Source of the DNA: Podarcis liolepis
Taxonomy: Eukaryota
Assembly: GCA_965112155.1 (NCBI GenBank)
Contig: OZ218103.1
Direction: 5' to 3' (one strand)
Length of the DNA: 64,000 bases
The notes beneath the pieces were generated by a model. It was not told the DNA's origin and did not search any database. It worked only from the letters and a program-made list of their open reading frames with translations. How positions within the stretch are numbered: position 1 is the first letter of the stretch; every line of letters begins with the position of its first letter. Below, piece by piece: positions 50,016 through 63,279 of the stretch. The position numbers and the translations under genes were made by a program.

Positions 50016-53000
50016 CTAAGACCAAAACAACAACAACAATCAAACAAGAACAATGATCATGGCATAAATGATTTCCCCAAGCTGAATTCCAGACACCACT
50101 CTGGAAGAGAACAGAGCTTACAGTATATTCAAGATTATGGATGAAAGAGCCCACGGGGCCCACTGCCCCACTCGTTACTGCAACTGTAAATGGAGGAAGG
50201 CGACTAGGCTGCTAATTGCTATTCTGACACTAGCATAAACCTTTGAAACATTCACCACATAACAGACTTCAAAACAGCCATTTTCATCTCCCAGGAACAA
50301 CCATTAGTCACAAGAAAGGTCCTAACAGATGAGATTTGCCACCATTTGTGTGGACCATTAACATAATCCATTCCCGACCCCTCGGACACATACCTGCTGG
50401 GCTACTCTCAGCCATATGCATATAGCTGCGGCAGGTCACAGAAGTGCCAGAGCTTGGCTCTGGGTCTGGTGCTGTAGAAAGACAAGTTGAGCGTAGCTCG
50501 CCGGTGATGAGTGAAATGCTGGGTTCACTGTCCACCTCTGAAACCTTGTCTGGGAAAGGGGTGTGCGCACATGCTCCTGCAGGCAACAGCAAGGGAAAGA
50601 GTAACAGCTAAGCTTGGCCCATCCAGAATCATGCCCTACTTTTACCCACCTAAGGATGATCAAGACGTGCAGAATTAGCACATGGAAAAACAGCAGTGGG
50701 TGGGGTTGGCATTACTCGCCTGGCTTCCCAACATTCCCAACTTGATAAGAGCATAGCTACTCTGATGCTTCCTTTCCTGCACCTACACCACACTGAGCTC
50801 CCCACTGCCTTGCCCTCCATTGACCACCATTTCATATGGCAAATGTGGAGAGGACTATGGGAGGTAAGCATAGCCCAATTATATTTGCTTGCACAATGGA
50901 ACTTCCCCACTTCCTCCTTTCCCAAACCAGCTCTGAAGGGTTAGGGGAACCCCTAGAATAGATTCAGGGCAAGAGGAGGGGGGAGTTTCATTGCGCGAGT
51001 GAAAGTCTTTGCACTGACAGGACATGTTACTATTTTGGATACAACCCTGTGTATTTGAATTATCCCCAATGTAGAAATTGTTCCCTGCCGCTGGTCTTTG
51101 TGTGGGTGTAGGGAACTTTATGGTCATTGCTGCTGCAGCAGACTATGCCTTCAGGGCAGGCCCAAGAGCATTGGTAGAGCTGTGCAGCTTTTATGAGTCT
51201 GAAATTGCAATTCATCGTGAAACTCAAGTTATTATAATAAACAACTTTCAAACCCTTATGCCTGCAGAGAGAATTTTGGAAGTGTGTGACCAAACATAAT
51301 TTCCAGAGTCTGGTGTGAAAGGAGCTCACTGGTTGTTGCCTCTACTCATTTCTCCAGTTACGAAGCCTACTATTACCTGGTAGGAGGTGGCGGAAATCTG
51401 TGACATAGCTGCCTGTCCAGGTCCGTGCTGGATTGCATGCCATCTCCAGCTCGTAGGGTGTGACCACAGGCCGGTAGAAGTCAGCTGAATCAAGCAAAGA
51501 GTTCTGTGGGCAGGCTACCAACACAAAAATGTCCACCTCTAGAAAGTTTGCCAGCTTTGCAGGGTTGGGTTTACCCACAGCCAAGGTATAGGCCCGTTTG
51601 CCTGCCCGCTGAATGATGCCACGCAGATGCTCCAGAACAGACAAGTAGTCTGCCACACCAAGAGTGCCCACCACAATGCCCACTACTTGGGCATCCCGTG
51701 CCCGCTCCACTAGATAGAGGCGTCGCCTCAGGGCCCGGTTCACATCCAATGTTTCCCGTCGGCCTTGTCCTGTCTGAGGATTAAAGGAGCTGAAGGGACA
51801 CCGGTTCCAGCTCAGCATGAAGTTTGTGAGTTCTGGGCCTTCACAACCCACGTAGAACATGGCGTAGTTGTCAAGACCATGCTGACTGTCTACTACAAAG
51901 TTCCGCCCAAATTTCTGCACCAGCCCGGGAACTGGCTGAAGTTCCTTGTTATCCAGTTGAGAGAAAACTACATTGGGATAAATGGGGTGCAGCTGAGAGG
52001 CCAGGTTATCTGAGGGGAAGAGAAATGAAAAGTCATTCAATTTAGAGACAATAACTGTCACATCTCACTGTTCCAAATACTCAGCAGGCCTCTTCCATGG
52101 ACAGGGAAGGGCCCTTGTGCTAGACACTAGGTTTAAAGCTGTGATGGGGAACTCCTATCAGCCTCATGCAGCATAGCCAGTGGTCAGGGATGATGAGAGT
52201 TCTAGTCCAACAACATCTGGAGAGCAATAGGTTCCCCATCCCTGATTTAAAGGATGTAAACAGAGGGGAGTTAACTGAAAGCTAATATTACAAGGAAATA
52301 TTACTTCTGTGGTCCTTTAAAAGAGAACAACCCCCTACAGCCGCCAAATCAGAAATATAAATTGGAACATTGACAGGAGTACTGTTTTGACTTTTCTCAT
52401 TTTCATAGAATCATAGAACTTATAAAAGCCTCTTCGGCAGGTATCTGTGCATTAACTGACCACATTCCTAGTTCATTCAAACTACAAAGGAGTAAACTGA
52501 ACTGATTAATTTATGTGGTTTTGCCTTTGAACATTAGCATGCAGGTCTATTAGCTTTGCTCTGAAGAATGTTATTGTTGAGGAAACTGCAAACTAGTATC
52601 CTAGTGGCAAATGAGGTGGGGAGCACAGAGAGAAATAGGCATTTCCTGGTTAATCTAGCCCTGAGGATAGTAGAGAGGGTTAAAAGCTGGGACTGAGTAA
52701 CATTGGAAGGCAGATAAGACATAAAGGGCAGGACTGGCAAGGAGAGCACTGTTTGCGGTTAGAGGATGCCCACTAGCTTTTTCCCATCCTGGCCTGATGT
52801 ATCTTTTGAATACCACCCACCTCCAACATTGTGATCCCCATGGTCTCACCTAGAGAATGAAAATAGGCCACTTCATTCAGCACAACCACATGAGCTAGGG
52901 GGTCTGGATACAACTCCCGGAAGACTTCTGTGCAGCGCGCCACGTCTAGTTGTTTGCGGCCAAACACATGGAGCACGGGCAGCTTGCGGCAGGGACTCAA

Positions 53001-54961
53001 GCAGGCAGGGCCGTAGTGCACCACAGCCTCAGCGCCCACATGCTCTGCTGCCACTTCATCCACGCAACAGCTAAAGAAAAGCAACAGCATTAGCTATAGA
53101 GGGCAGCTTTCCTCAAAACACCTACCACCTCTAGCACACACAAAAAATGCTTCCTTTGTAGTAAATGGGTTGCCATTGTAGAGACTGGATTTCCCCTGTC
53201 ACCAGCTCACTCAGCATGCATGGAGCCCCAGGCCTGACAGCAGATGATAAAAATACTCTGTTACCAACACCAAAGATGCAGGAACTGGGGAGCAACTAAT
53301 GATCCCAAAGTCCTACTCTCTTGTCATAAATAGTCCCCCCACCCCAGCAGAGGCAGTCAAGAGACTGCTGAACATCCAGAGGCTGACATATTACTATAGA
53401 ACCCCTTGAAAATGCAAGCCTGCACTATAGTCCTATGCACGTTCTTAGCACTAAGTTCCATGTTTTCAATGAGGCTTACTCCCAAGTGTCTATAGGACTA
53501 TGGGCCTGAGCTTCTATCATGTGTTTATGTGGAAGGAGGTTCCTGCTGTGACCTCACCTGCCGTATGATGTGTCCCCCAGAATGTACATTTTGGCGCCAG
53601 TTGCTGCTTCCATCTTCCTAGCAATGCTTGCTGAATCTGGCAAGAGTTCATCGGGAAACTGAAGAGCAACCTACAAAACAAACCCAAGATAATTATTCAG
53701 GACATGTCCACTGTACACAGCTATCAGTACTGTGGGTTTCCTGGGGAATTAGGTTTTGAAGGAAAAGGTCCCATCCACACGGACAGGATTTTTTCTTGTA
53801 AGTCTAATTGCCATGAGGGGAGGGGTTTGAAGGGTAAGGGTGGCAGCACTGGGGAGAGGGTTAATTTACCCCTCCATCTGCATTGTGACTCCCTCAAAAA
53901 CCTGCATACTGAGTGAAATAAATTTCCTCTAAGCTTAATTGCAGCAGGGAAGGGCAAAGAGAAAAGCAAAAAAAAAAAGAGGAGGAAGAATGGGTGGGGA
54001 GAGAGAATAGAATGGATGGACATACATGTGTAAGCAGTGATGTGGGTTTGCCAGTCAATTCTGAACTGGAAAAAAATCCTTTGAAAATTAGGATAGTGTG
54101 AACAGGGCAATATGTGATGCCCTAGAACACTGGCCTTCAACAGGTGGACTTGGACCCACTGCTGGGTCACGGCCTGATCCAAGATGGGTCACAACAGGAG
54201 CATTACCACCATGCAAATATATGATAAAAGATTAAGAAATGGGTTTCCATAGTATGTTGGGGTTAAAAGTGGGTCCTGGGTCTGAAAAGGTTGAAGAATA
54301 CCTGCCTTAGAGAATGGTCTAATTTGTTTTTTTTATTTTACTTGCATTTAGCAAACAAGAGCTAAAAACTTGAAACTGCCAAGTTTGCCTAATGCTGTAT
54401 TTGCAGCTGGCATCCATTCATTGTTGCTCATGACCTTATGAAACATATTTTTTCCTTGTGGAAAAATAAAGCACCAAAAAGCACCTCACATCACTGGTGA
54501 AAAGGAAAAGGTGGGGGGAGAAGAGATGTGCCTTGGGCAGCCTCAGCTCTCCCATCGCTGGCATGTTCCCCCTGGGAGATGTGGCCCTTGGGGGAGGATT
54601 CCACATCTCAACCTTAAATACTGTAGTGTGTGAGCTGTTTCTACATATTTATTTGTTTGACATACTTGGTAAACAAAACCTTTTTAAAGTCCCCCATATT
54701 TAGTGCCCCAATACTTGATTATTTGGGGCGGGGATGTCCACTAACTCTAGGGGAAGAACTGACATTCATGCCTGTAGCTTTCTGGCGAAGGGCAAACTAC
54801 TGTCTCACCTTAGTGAAGCCATTATCAGATACAAATGCAGCTGCTCTCTCCAGTTCATAGAACTCTTCCAGCCTGGTGGTTGGGGGACATCCACTTGCTT
54901 CTGCAGGAATCACGGTCCGCTGCATAACCTCAGCACCATCACTGCTGAATGCTGTTGCCAT
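49891..54961 (-). CDS. DPH2: Diphthamide biosynthesis protein 2, complete CDS: complement(join(49891..50015,50394..50576,51377..52009,52850..53070,53558..53670,54809..54961)); 475 aa
   Basis: GCCACCATGG start; GT-AG introns with consistent phases; total 1428 nt. Motifs [47 protein letters not shown] and the C-terminal SWRGLE...[12 protein letters not shown] are typical of DPH2. Confidence 0.96.
50394..50576 (-). CDS. DPH2: DPH2 coding exon 5 (ACAHTPFPD...[10 protein letters not shown]...SSPA)
   Basis: ctgcag|GA...G|gtatgt. Confidence 0.93.
51377..52009 (-). CDS. DPH2: DPH2 coding exon 4
   Basis: cctcag|AT...G|gtaata; ORF track 51342..52061. Confidence 0.96.
52850..53070 (-). CDS. DPH2: DPH2 coding exon 3 ([10 protein letters not shown]...YFHSL)
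   Basis: ctttag|C...G|gtgaga; ORF track 52773..53090. Confidence 0.95.
53558..53670 (-). CDS. DPH2: DPH2 coding exon 2 ([10 protein letters not shown]...GDTSYG)
   Basis: tgtag|GTT...AG|gtgagg. Confidence 0.95.
54809..54961 (-). CDS. DPH2: DPH2 coding exon 1 ([15 protein letters not shown]...[18 protein letters not shown])
   Basis: Consensus Kozak; donor AAG|gtgaga; upstream acceptor tttgtag| at 54978. Confidence 0.93.
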
Positions 54962-55288
54962 GGTGGCCTATATCCAAACTACAAAAATACAAAGTGATGC
55001 CCATCCGCATTGCAATATCCCACTACTAGCAAGATGCTGGATGAGAATGGTCCTGAGCTTCAGTTCTCCAAGGTCACATTTACAGGATCAGATTCTGTAT
55101 GAATCAGTAGGGAACCGACATAGCTAAAACCCTTTGTATCCATGCTTCTAATCACTAACACTGATTAGAATGCCTCCTTCGTTCAGAAACATGCACTGAA
55201 ATAGGAGAGAGACAAGAAAAGGGCACTGAAGCGGCCTGGGAAACAGCAGAAGGCTCCTTACACAGACAGACCACCGGTCTCTCTAGTT

Positions 55289-55423
55289 CAGGCATAGGCA
55301 AACTCTGCCCTCCAGAAGTTTTGAGACTACAATTCCCATCATCCCTGACCACTGGTCCTGTTAGCTAGGGATGGTGGTGGTTGTAGTCCCAAAAATCTGG
55401 AGGGCCGAGTTTGCCTATGCCTG
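55289..55423. mobile_element. Palindromic ~135-bp hAT MITE (same family)
   Basis: CAGGCATAGGCAAACTC...GAGTTTGCCTATGCCTG; exact TSD CTCTAGTT. Confidence 0.92.
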
Positions 55424-55611
55424 CTCTAGTTCTATGTTGTCAAGAAGACTGACTGGCATTTCGGGCAGAAGCATTTCTCAACCTTACCTGGAAATGCCAG
55501 GAATTTAATCTGGAACCCTTTGCACACAAAACAAATGTATCCCCCCGCCCGCGCGCCCGCCCGACATAAGAAACATCAACTACTGCGCCCCATTACTGTC
55601 ACTCTACTCAC

Positions 55612-55740
55612 CTAGAGGAACCCCCAACATCCACCACATGGCCACCAATACACTTCCTGGGTGGGATTAAAGGCACCCAATGAGAACGCCGCGCTCCTTT
55701 CCCTATCGGAACGCGTCTTTTTTCTATCGCTACGCTTCTC
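55612..55740 (-). other. DPH2: Probable non-coding first exon of DPH2 (upper boundary approximate)
   Basis: Strong donor TAG|GTGAGT at 55612/55611 inside the CpG island; the ATG exon has an acceptor at 54978, so an upstream exon is implied. Confidence 0.65.
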
Positions 55741-56019
55741 TTTCTCTCTCCTACGTCATTAGCAGGGAGCTTTGCAGCCAATAAAAGATCCCGACACAGC
55801 AAGGCCCTCGGAAAAGTAGAATAAACGGGAAGCCTATCAGCGCGGTGCATTGTGGGGGCTGGAGTTTCGCTCTCTTCCGATCCGACCAATCATCCCAGCC
55901 GGCGAGAGGCGTCAGATAAACTTGGTCTGGTCACGTGGAGCGTGGTTCCCGTCATTCTGTGGGTCAGGTGATTCCCGGTCGCGTTCAGTCCGTTCTGAGG
56001 ACTCGCCGCCGCCGCCGCC

Positions 56020-56086
56020 ATGTCCGGGCTCGCGCTGCTGTATTCGGGGCTGGGGCTGACCGCGGCCGCCACCATCACCGGCATCG
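56020..56086 (+). CDS. ATP6V0B: V-type proton ATPase 21 kDa proteolipid subunit c'' exon 1 (MSGLALLYSGLGLTAAATITGIG); no further exon recognised in the window
   Basis: (GCC)5 ATG; 67-nt phase-1 exon with donor G|gttagt; resembles human MTGLALLYSG...; fits the IPO13-DPH2-ATP6V0B synteny. Confidence 0.88.
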
Positions 56087-59000
56087 GTTAGTGCTTTGAA
56101 CGGGGAGCTGGGAGCGCCGCTGCGAGGGCCGACGCAGCTTTGCCAAAGTCCTCCTCTCCCCTCCCTTCGCCGGGGCTGTGTGCGGATATACGCAAAGGAA
56201 ATGGCTTGTCGTGGGCGGGCGGGGGGGGCGCAGGGCGGAAGGGAGCCCACCTGTGGCGGGATGCCGCCCTCCAGGCTTAGCGAATGTTTTTAGGTGCTTC
56301 TTGATCCGCGGTGCTGCCTTGCCCTACCCTAGTTGGCCCGTCAGGCTGTTCTCGGGGCTGGGGGGCGAGGCGACATCCCTGCAGAGGGGAGACTCGCATC
56401 CTCCTGCTTGCGCGGGGAGAGCCGTTTTGTCTTCAGGGGTTGGTCTGGAAGATACTGTACTTGGTTCTCCTTGTCCATGACCTTCTCATTGGGAAGGTTT
56501 CCGGAGGGGCCCTCGCATGTGGGTTTCCCACGGCAGGCCCACTTCTTGTCGTTCTCCACATCCTTGGTCTCAAAAATAAAAATAGTTTAAGAGACGACTC
56601 CAGATTTCCACCATATTGGGCTCTGTGGTGCTCAGTTTGCTTCCTCATCTGTGAAAGCAGCGAAAAGGCGAGGGGTGGGGAAAGGCTTTCTTAATGGCTG
56701 CTCAGTGCTAGTTGTGAATTTTGATGCTGTGCACACCAATGGCATTTTGATGTCTGAAAGCAGATCAAAAGAAGTGTATTTGGAGGAACTTTCTAAAAGT
56801 GCAGTGTCGTTTCCTTTTCTTGTCTGGTGAAATTTGAGCAAGGGCTAGAGTGTGTAGCCTTGCAACCAGGGGACCTGTGGCAGAGTCTGAAGCTGCTGTC
56901 CCTTGGTTATCTTTGGTATCAAAGCAATTGCACTTTAATGAACTCCTGACTAGCTACGTAACTGTTTATACATTGACAGGATTACTGGGTCTTAATGTTG
57001 ATATATATCTTTTCCTTCACCACCAAACATTGGTTTCATTGTTCATCATGGTTTCGATGTTAATCATCCTAGCATTGGTAAGAAGTTCTGCATGTGCAGA
57101 TCTATGAAGGAGACTTGGCTCACCAATAGCCTGGATTCATTCTTGCTGGAGAGATCTTTACATTTTCTGGTAGTCTCTACATTTGTTCAGGTGATAATTT
57201 GTTCTTGGTGAGCCCATGCAGGTATGCTGTGTCCTTATTCTAAACAAGGAACAATTTAGAAAGTCCTCCATCATGAGTTGAATGACATATTTGTTCTTGT
57301 GTTGTGTGGTTGCAATTTATTGGGAACCAAAAAAGCGTTAACACTGTTGGGGGAAATGTGATGAACCATGCAAAAGGTGCACAGTGGACTCTCCCCGCAT
57401 CCTTGGGTTTGTTTTGTCAACAAGCTTTGGAGCAGTTGTCCTACAACAGTCCTGTCCCAGCTCTCTGGGAGCTGTTGGTGGCTTCAACTGGATTAGCCCA
57501 GCTGATTTGGTTAAGACTTCACCAGTCAGGGTTGAGGAATGACAAACAGGAAACTAAGCTCTGACCTTCTGATTCAAACTCAGTTCCTTTAAGGTCATTT
57601 TACCAATTGGACACAGACCTTGCTTAGAAGCAGAGAGTTTCTTACTGGTTCCTGTTGGGACTAAGCAGTCTGCTCACGTATACCACTCTACTCAAACAGT
57701 ACTCCATTTCCTTTTCTCCTTCTTCCTTATATCTTATTTGCAGCTAGGGTTCTTCTGCCCCTCCTCTTTTTGCTACTTTTCCAGTGGTAAGTGTGACTCT
57801 TAGTTCCTCTTTCAGATCAGCATGGATGGGAAGAACAGAACTTCTCCTTTTCTAGCCATGATTACTAAAGCTGTACCAGGGAGGAAGTTAACATTTTCCT
57901 TTCTTTTCAGTAGGATGTGAGCATAGATGCCTCATGGTGGGTCTCTTAGTATCGGCCTGTCTTGGCTTCTGTGGACCCTGCCCAAGCATGATTCTGTTAT
58001 TACTTTGGGACATTCATTCACCTGAGCTAGGGTTTGTCAGACGGGTGGCTGGGGACTGTGGGCGGGAAGGAATGTGCTCCAAGTCATAAAACATCTGTCC
58101 CATAATGTGAGAAGCTATTTGACCTATAGATGGGCTACAGAGGTAGAAATACCTTACCCCATCCCAATATATATCTGGAAGGGACAGTGAAGATCTCTTT
58201 CCTACAACAGTACTTCAGTGTTCTGCCTTATGACTAAACTTATTGGAGAGGAAGCAGAGCAGAGCACCACTTGAGTGAATAAATGATGTATGTAACCGTA
58301 CTGGGGGGGTGGGGTAGCCTGTCATTTGACCTTGCTACTATAGCGAAGAAGCAGTGTGATGAATGGAGGTTTATTCACTGTGCTGTCTCTTCTTTTTTAT
58401 GGTAGCTTTGGGCAACTGTTGTTGCAAAACAGTGACTTAACTTCTCAGATGTGATTGAATGATTAATAACTTTGAAGAGTCTTAAAGGTTTTGGATCTTA
58501 ACCCTTAGGATCACAATCTTTAATGTGAAGGATTTACTGAAAAATTATTCTCTCTAGGTTTTATGCTCGAAACACTGTGACATTTTTATTTTTTAATCAT
58601 TGTTAAACAATTAATAAGAACAGTTGTACAGGCCAATTTTCAAAGCATCAGCAGAATCATGGCTTTACTGGTCAGTTTGCTGTTGTGCCAACTCTACTTT
58701 GTGTAATAAACTACACTTAACTTGGTTTTCCATAGTGTCCACTAACAATTTTGGGACTTTGTCTGGGTGGGGGAGTTAATTTCCCCCAAGAATTATTGTT
58801 GCTTTAAAACTTTTTAAATGCACTGCATACAGGGGTGTCACTCATGTCTTCTGGCAGGATGATGAACCATTTGGTCTTGGACTTAGAGGTAGGATAGGTT
58901 TGTGTCACTTTTTATACTATCTGGCCCAAATTTTAAGAGGGCTCCTGTACCTCTAGGAGTTTTACAGAAAGTAGTGTATTTTCATCAATTGCTTCAGCAC

Positions 59001-60129
59001 TGCATTGGGTAAAAGAACTCTGAAAAAATGCTACCTGTATCCTGAAATAACGCATTCCAAAATAGGATTGGGCCTGAAAGTGGTAGTTTGCTTCCTTTCT
59101 TTGCAATTGCATATTCCATCCTTGCTATGTGTTATATGCTTGTAATAGAAATCAAGGAGGGGAAAAGTGAATGACTACTACCGCAAGGGTAAAAAACATT
59201 AATTGTGACACTTCAAGCAAGAGACAAAAATCTGGAGCTGGTCCTATTGGAAGTAACATATCAAGATCATCATTGTGGATCTGAAAAGTAGAGACCAGAC
59301 CTCTGGGTGGCAATCTTTAGCCCACTTCCTGTTAGGCCTCACAGGGTGCCATGGAATTTTCTCCCCTTCTGAAAGTATAGAAAGAGACTCTCCAGTCTAC
59401 TGAGTGTATTCTCTACTGCTTATAGTACAAATTGATTTGCAATATAGAGAGGGATTGTACTAGCCAGTATCCACTGAGAAAGCAGTGAACAAATCCACAT
59501 AAGGACAGGAAGCTTCTTTTGCCAGCTTGCTTCACACTTTTCTTGTGAAGAAAAGTAGAGGTGTCCTTAGGGTTCATTTTTGGCCCTTGGGTTCTCCTGC
59601 AGTATGTAAAGAAGATCCTTCAAGCAGTGTCAGTAAACTACCATTCAGCTGTGCTTTGTCTTATTATGCCTTTCCATTCCTGTATTCCTCCATTGTTGGG
59701 ATGCCTTCAGATACCTGATTGCTGACTTCAGTTCACATTGTCTACTGTTTCTGAATGATGCTGTTGTAGTACGCGAGGGTAGCTAGAATTACTGATATGT
59801 TTTCCTACCATGTTGTAAAGACTTGGGATGGATTACAAGAACCCCTCTTTTTTTAGTAGGGTTTTTGCACTCAGTGGGTTATGCCAAGGTTGACCACCAT
59901 CCCTAGGATGTTTTAATTAATGCTGCTTACCATGAAGCCATTGGTAAGGAGAATTTTGAGCTAATATTTGCCAGATTTAAAATTTACTTGTAAATCAGTA
60001 TGCATTAAAATATAGCTTTGTTATAATATAATAAAAATATAACTATATTTTATGCAATAAATTATTATAACCAGAGAAAAAACTTAAATTTATGCTAGTT
60101 GATCTAATTTTCTACATTAGAAAGGGGGA

Positions 60130-60585
60130 CCATAAGTTCTCAAATTGTCCCATTTCTTTCTCTACTTTTGCTTAATTGTACTATTTCTCTTTAATTTCGT
60201 TACTGTAGCAAGATACCAAATTCTATCAAACCATTCTCATTCTGTTAAAATGATTGGAATATACCATTTCACTTCCAAAATATATATTTTGGCAGCAGCT
60301 AATAAAACTCAAATAAATTTCCATGTTCTGATCTCACATCTTCATTAGGATATTCCAGAAAAATTACTAGCAGATTTATAAGTATGTGATATGCAATTAT
60401 AATTATATAAATGCATCTAGTGGTCTTTCCCACCAAATTCCAAATTTTGTCTCATGTCCATCAGACATTAATATAACCCGCAACTGTTTCCCCACATTTC
60501 CATTATATTCCACTAACACCTTGTTGTGTCTTTGGTTATATGTTTGGTGAATATTCGAATATAATTTGATGTTCGTGGTATCATT

Positions 60586-60590
<5 letters not shown>
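60130..60590 (-). mobile_element. Degenerate L1-type LINE ORF2 3' fragment
   Basis: Minus-strand translation VLLAAAKIYIL...EWFDRIWYLA...KKWDNLRTY, with stops. Confidence 0.6.

Positions 60591-60631
<41 letters not shown>
60591..60631 (+). repeat. (AT)n microsatellite
   Basis: Read directly from the sequence. Confidence 0.9.
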
Positions 60632-60636
<5 letters not shown>

Positions 60637-63279
60637 CTGAATATAATCTGGAACTTTGGGCAGTGATATTATTGACATAACACCAAGCTGTATATGTTGT
60701 TAACTAAATGAACAGGTACTACTATTTTGGTTTTAGTTAATATTGACACATTTTGATGGAGTGGATGGTTAAACAAACTAGATTTGAATTTAGGCAAGAT
60801 GAAGATAGTTCTGGTAGATAGTTCTGGACTGGTAGCAGCCCTACCTCTATTAGACAGAAGTGACAGTCTCCGCATCAAACTAGTTAGGTGTCTAGAAGTA
60901 CCCTTAAACCCTGTCTTATTTTTTGACAGGCAGGTTTGGGGGTTTCCAGGAGACCTTTAATCAACTGCATCTATTGTGTAGCTGTGTAGCTTTCTGGAGA
61001 GGAAGGCTCTAGCTATGCTTTTTGATATTTTGTAACCAGTACTGTAGTGTGGATCTTCCAAAAAAAATTGAATTAGATACCTTTCTGGGAAACTTTCTTA
61101 TGCTATTAGGCTAATTTACACTGTAGATAATTCAGTTTGTGTTGGCAACTTTTATTACACTCCCAAATTAGCATGTTCATTTTTCTAATATTTTGTAAAC
61201 AAAGCAAAACAACTTGGGCATTGGCAAGCTTGCCTGTGTTTGCAGTTGGCATCCAACTTACAAAATGGGGGGGGGGGATTCCACAGCAAAATAAATCACT
61301 GGTAAATTTTCCATTCCACATCTTGGTTTGTAACTACCGGGTTTGACCACTTTTTGTAAGGAAGACTGCAAAGTGCAGTTAATACAAAATGGCATCAGAT
61401 TATATCTTATGCTAACTCTCTCAGTGTTGGTGGCATGGCTTGGCAAGGAAGGATGCTATGCCACACTCCCCTCTTCTCCATCCTTCACCTGGGTTGCTCC
61501 AAAAGAACACTTTGCCTTCATGGGGCCCCGTTCTCCCCTTGTGCATAGACTATTAACCTGCACAGCATACAAGTTTGAATAGATTCTGCTCCTAGTTCTT
61601 ACCTAAATGTCAGGAAGAGTGTAGCTCTCCCTGGGTGTATATGCCCATTATATCTCTCTCTCTCTCTCTCGCCAGTGTTGCTTTCAAAGCCTGCGTGTGC
61701 AGGGAAAGGCAGCAGGCTGTCGGCTCCTGAGATCAGAGTCTGCTGCTGCTGAGTGAAGGGTCTGGAGTTGGCAGTGCCTGGGGCTTAAAGCTGTCGCTTG
61801 GAGCAGGCTGCACACCTGTGAGCAGATAGGCTTCTGCTCACGGGGATGTGAATATGACCCTGATGAGCTCTGAGCCATTGAATAGAGTCTCCAGTTTCCT
61901 GACCCACTTTCTTCTGCTTCCCCATACATGGTTAATTCTACCAGACTTGTTTTTGGTGTGGTATATTATATCTACAATGTCTACTGATAGGGACTTCACA
62001 CCCTCTGTTGAACTGCCTTGTTGTCTAACACTTCCTAATGTCAATGCTATTTTTTAAAAATAGATCAAAGGGTCACCCTACTTGCATTCTCTCTTTAGTT
62101 ATTCTCCATGGGAGCCAATCTATCCTTTCTTCCCCAGTTCTGTGGCTCATTTGTTCTCTATCCTGCCCCATGATGCTCTGTTTCTGCAGCCTTGCTCTTT
62201 CTTTTTCAGCTCCTTCCCACCTCTGTGTCTGTCTGTGTCTTTTTTCACATTGTCAGGCTCACAGGAGGATAGTTCTGCCTGGACCTTGCAAGTGGAACAT
62301 TTGCATCCTGTGACTGTCCCATCATATTCTATTCATATATCCCGAAATACAGTTCCCATCATCATGTCATTGACTCATCTTCTTCCACTCTGCTTCCCAG
62401 TCTGAGGTTGTGGGGTGATTTTCCCTTCCTGTCTGCAGTATGTGATACTGCTAACTTTTTCACAGCTGGTTTTCTTCCCCATGCATGTTCTTCATCCAGC
62501 CCTTTAAAAGGAGAAAATGGTTTATGGATGAAAAAAGGCCCCTAGAGCCAAGAATGCTGTGGATGTGAAGGTACAGCATTCTTGCTTATCTAAGAATGAA
62601 AGCTGCTGGGGATCCTTTTGGTATTGTTAATAACAATAATAACATTTATCAGTCACTTTATGCAATAAAAAGTCTCAAAGCAACTTGACAAATTAAATTA
62701 CAACACCATTTAAAGCCAGAAAAGTTTAAAACAGCGAGAATGTATAGTACATAAAATGCACGTTCATCAACGAATTAATAAGGACCAAGTCCTACCCACC
62801 CCACTAAAAGATGGGCACCACCATAGGAGGCAACATTAATTAACCAAAGGTCTTGGCTTGCTGCACCTAAAAATTGACAAAGATGGTGACAGGCACATCT
62901 CCCTAAATAGAGCATTCCACAGGTGAGGCGGTTGGGAACATCACAGAAAAGAATGACTGATTATAAAAAGACTTCATGAATAACTTTGCTTATTTGGGTT
63001 GGTCGCGAGTAGTGTCACAGATGGATGTGCTTCAGACTGCAGCAGTTAGATAACATTTTTCATAGCAATGCCCATTAGGGCTGCCGCAAAGGGGCCGTGC
63101 CCTTCCAGTTAGCTGTGTGAACATGGGGATTTTATTTTTTATACATAAACATAATATTTCAATGAATATTAAACTAAGAAAGATTTTCATTTATACGTAC
63201 AGAAAAAATGGGGCGGGGGCAGAAAAGCGTTTCCATTACTGCACACAGTAAAATCAGCAAATCTATAGACATAGATTCA

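Larger units (their letters stand above)
55540..56450. promoter_or_regulatory. CpG island / bidirectional promoter for DPH2 and ATP6V0B
   Basis: CpG-rich; CCAAT boxes (~55678, 55779, 55886); CRE-like TACGTCA ~55752; CLEAR/E-box GTCACGTG 55930-55937. Confidence 0.8.

Noticed and set aside
53724-54182. 152-aa minus-strand ORF in a DPH2 intron
   Set aside because: Low complexity, no homology, and not needed for the DPH2 reading frame.
55481-55540. CAG|GTAAGG donor on the minus strand in DPH2 intron 1
   Set aside because: It lies in a SINE remnant with no convincing acceptor; exonisation is unsupported.
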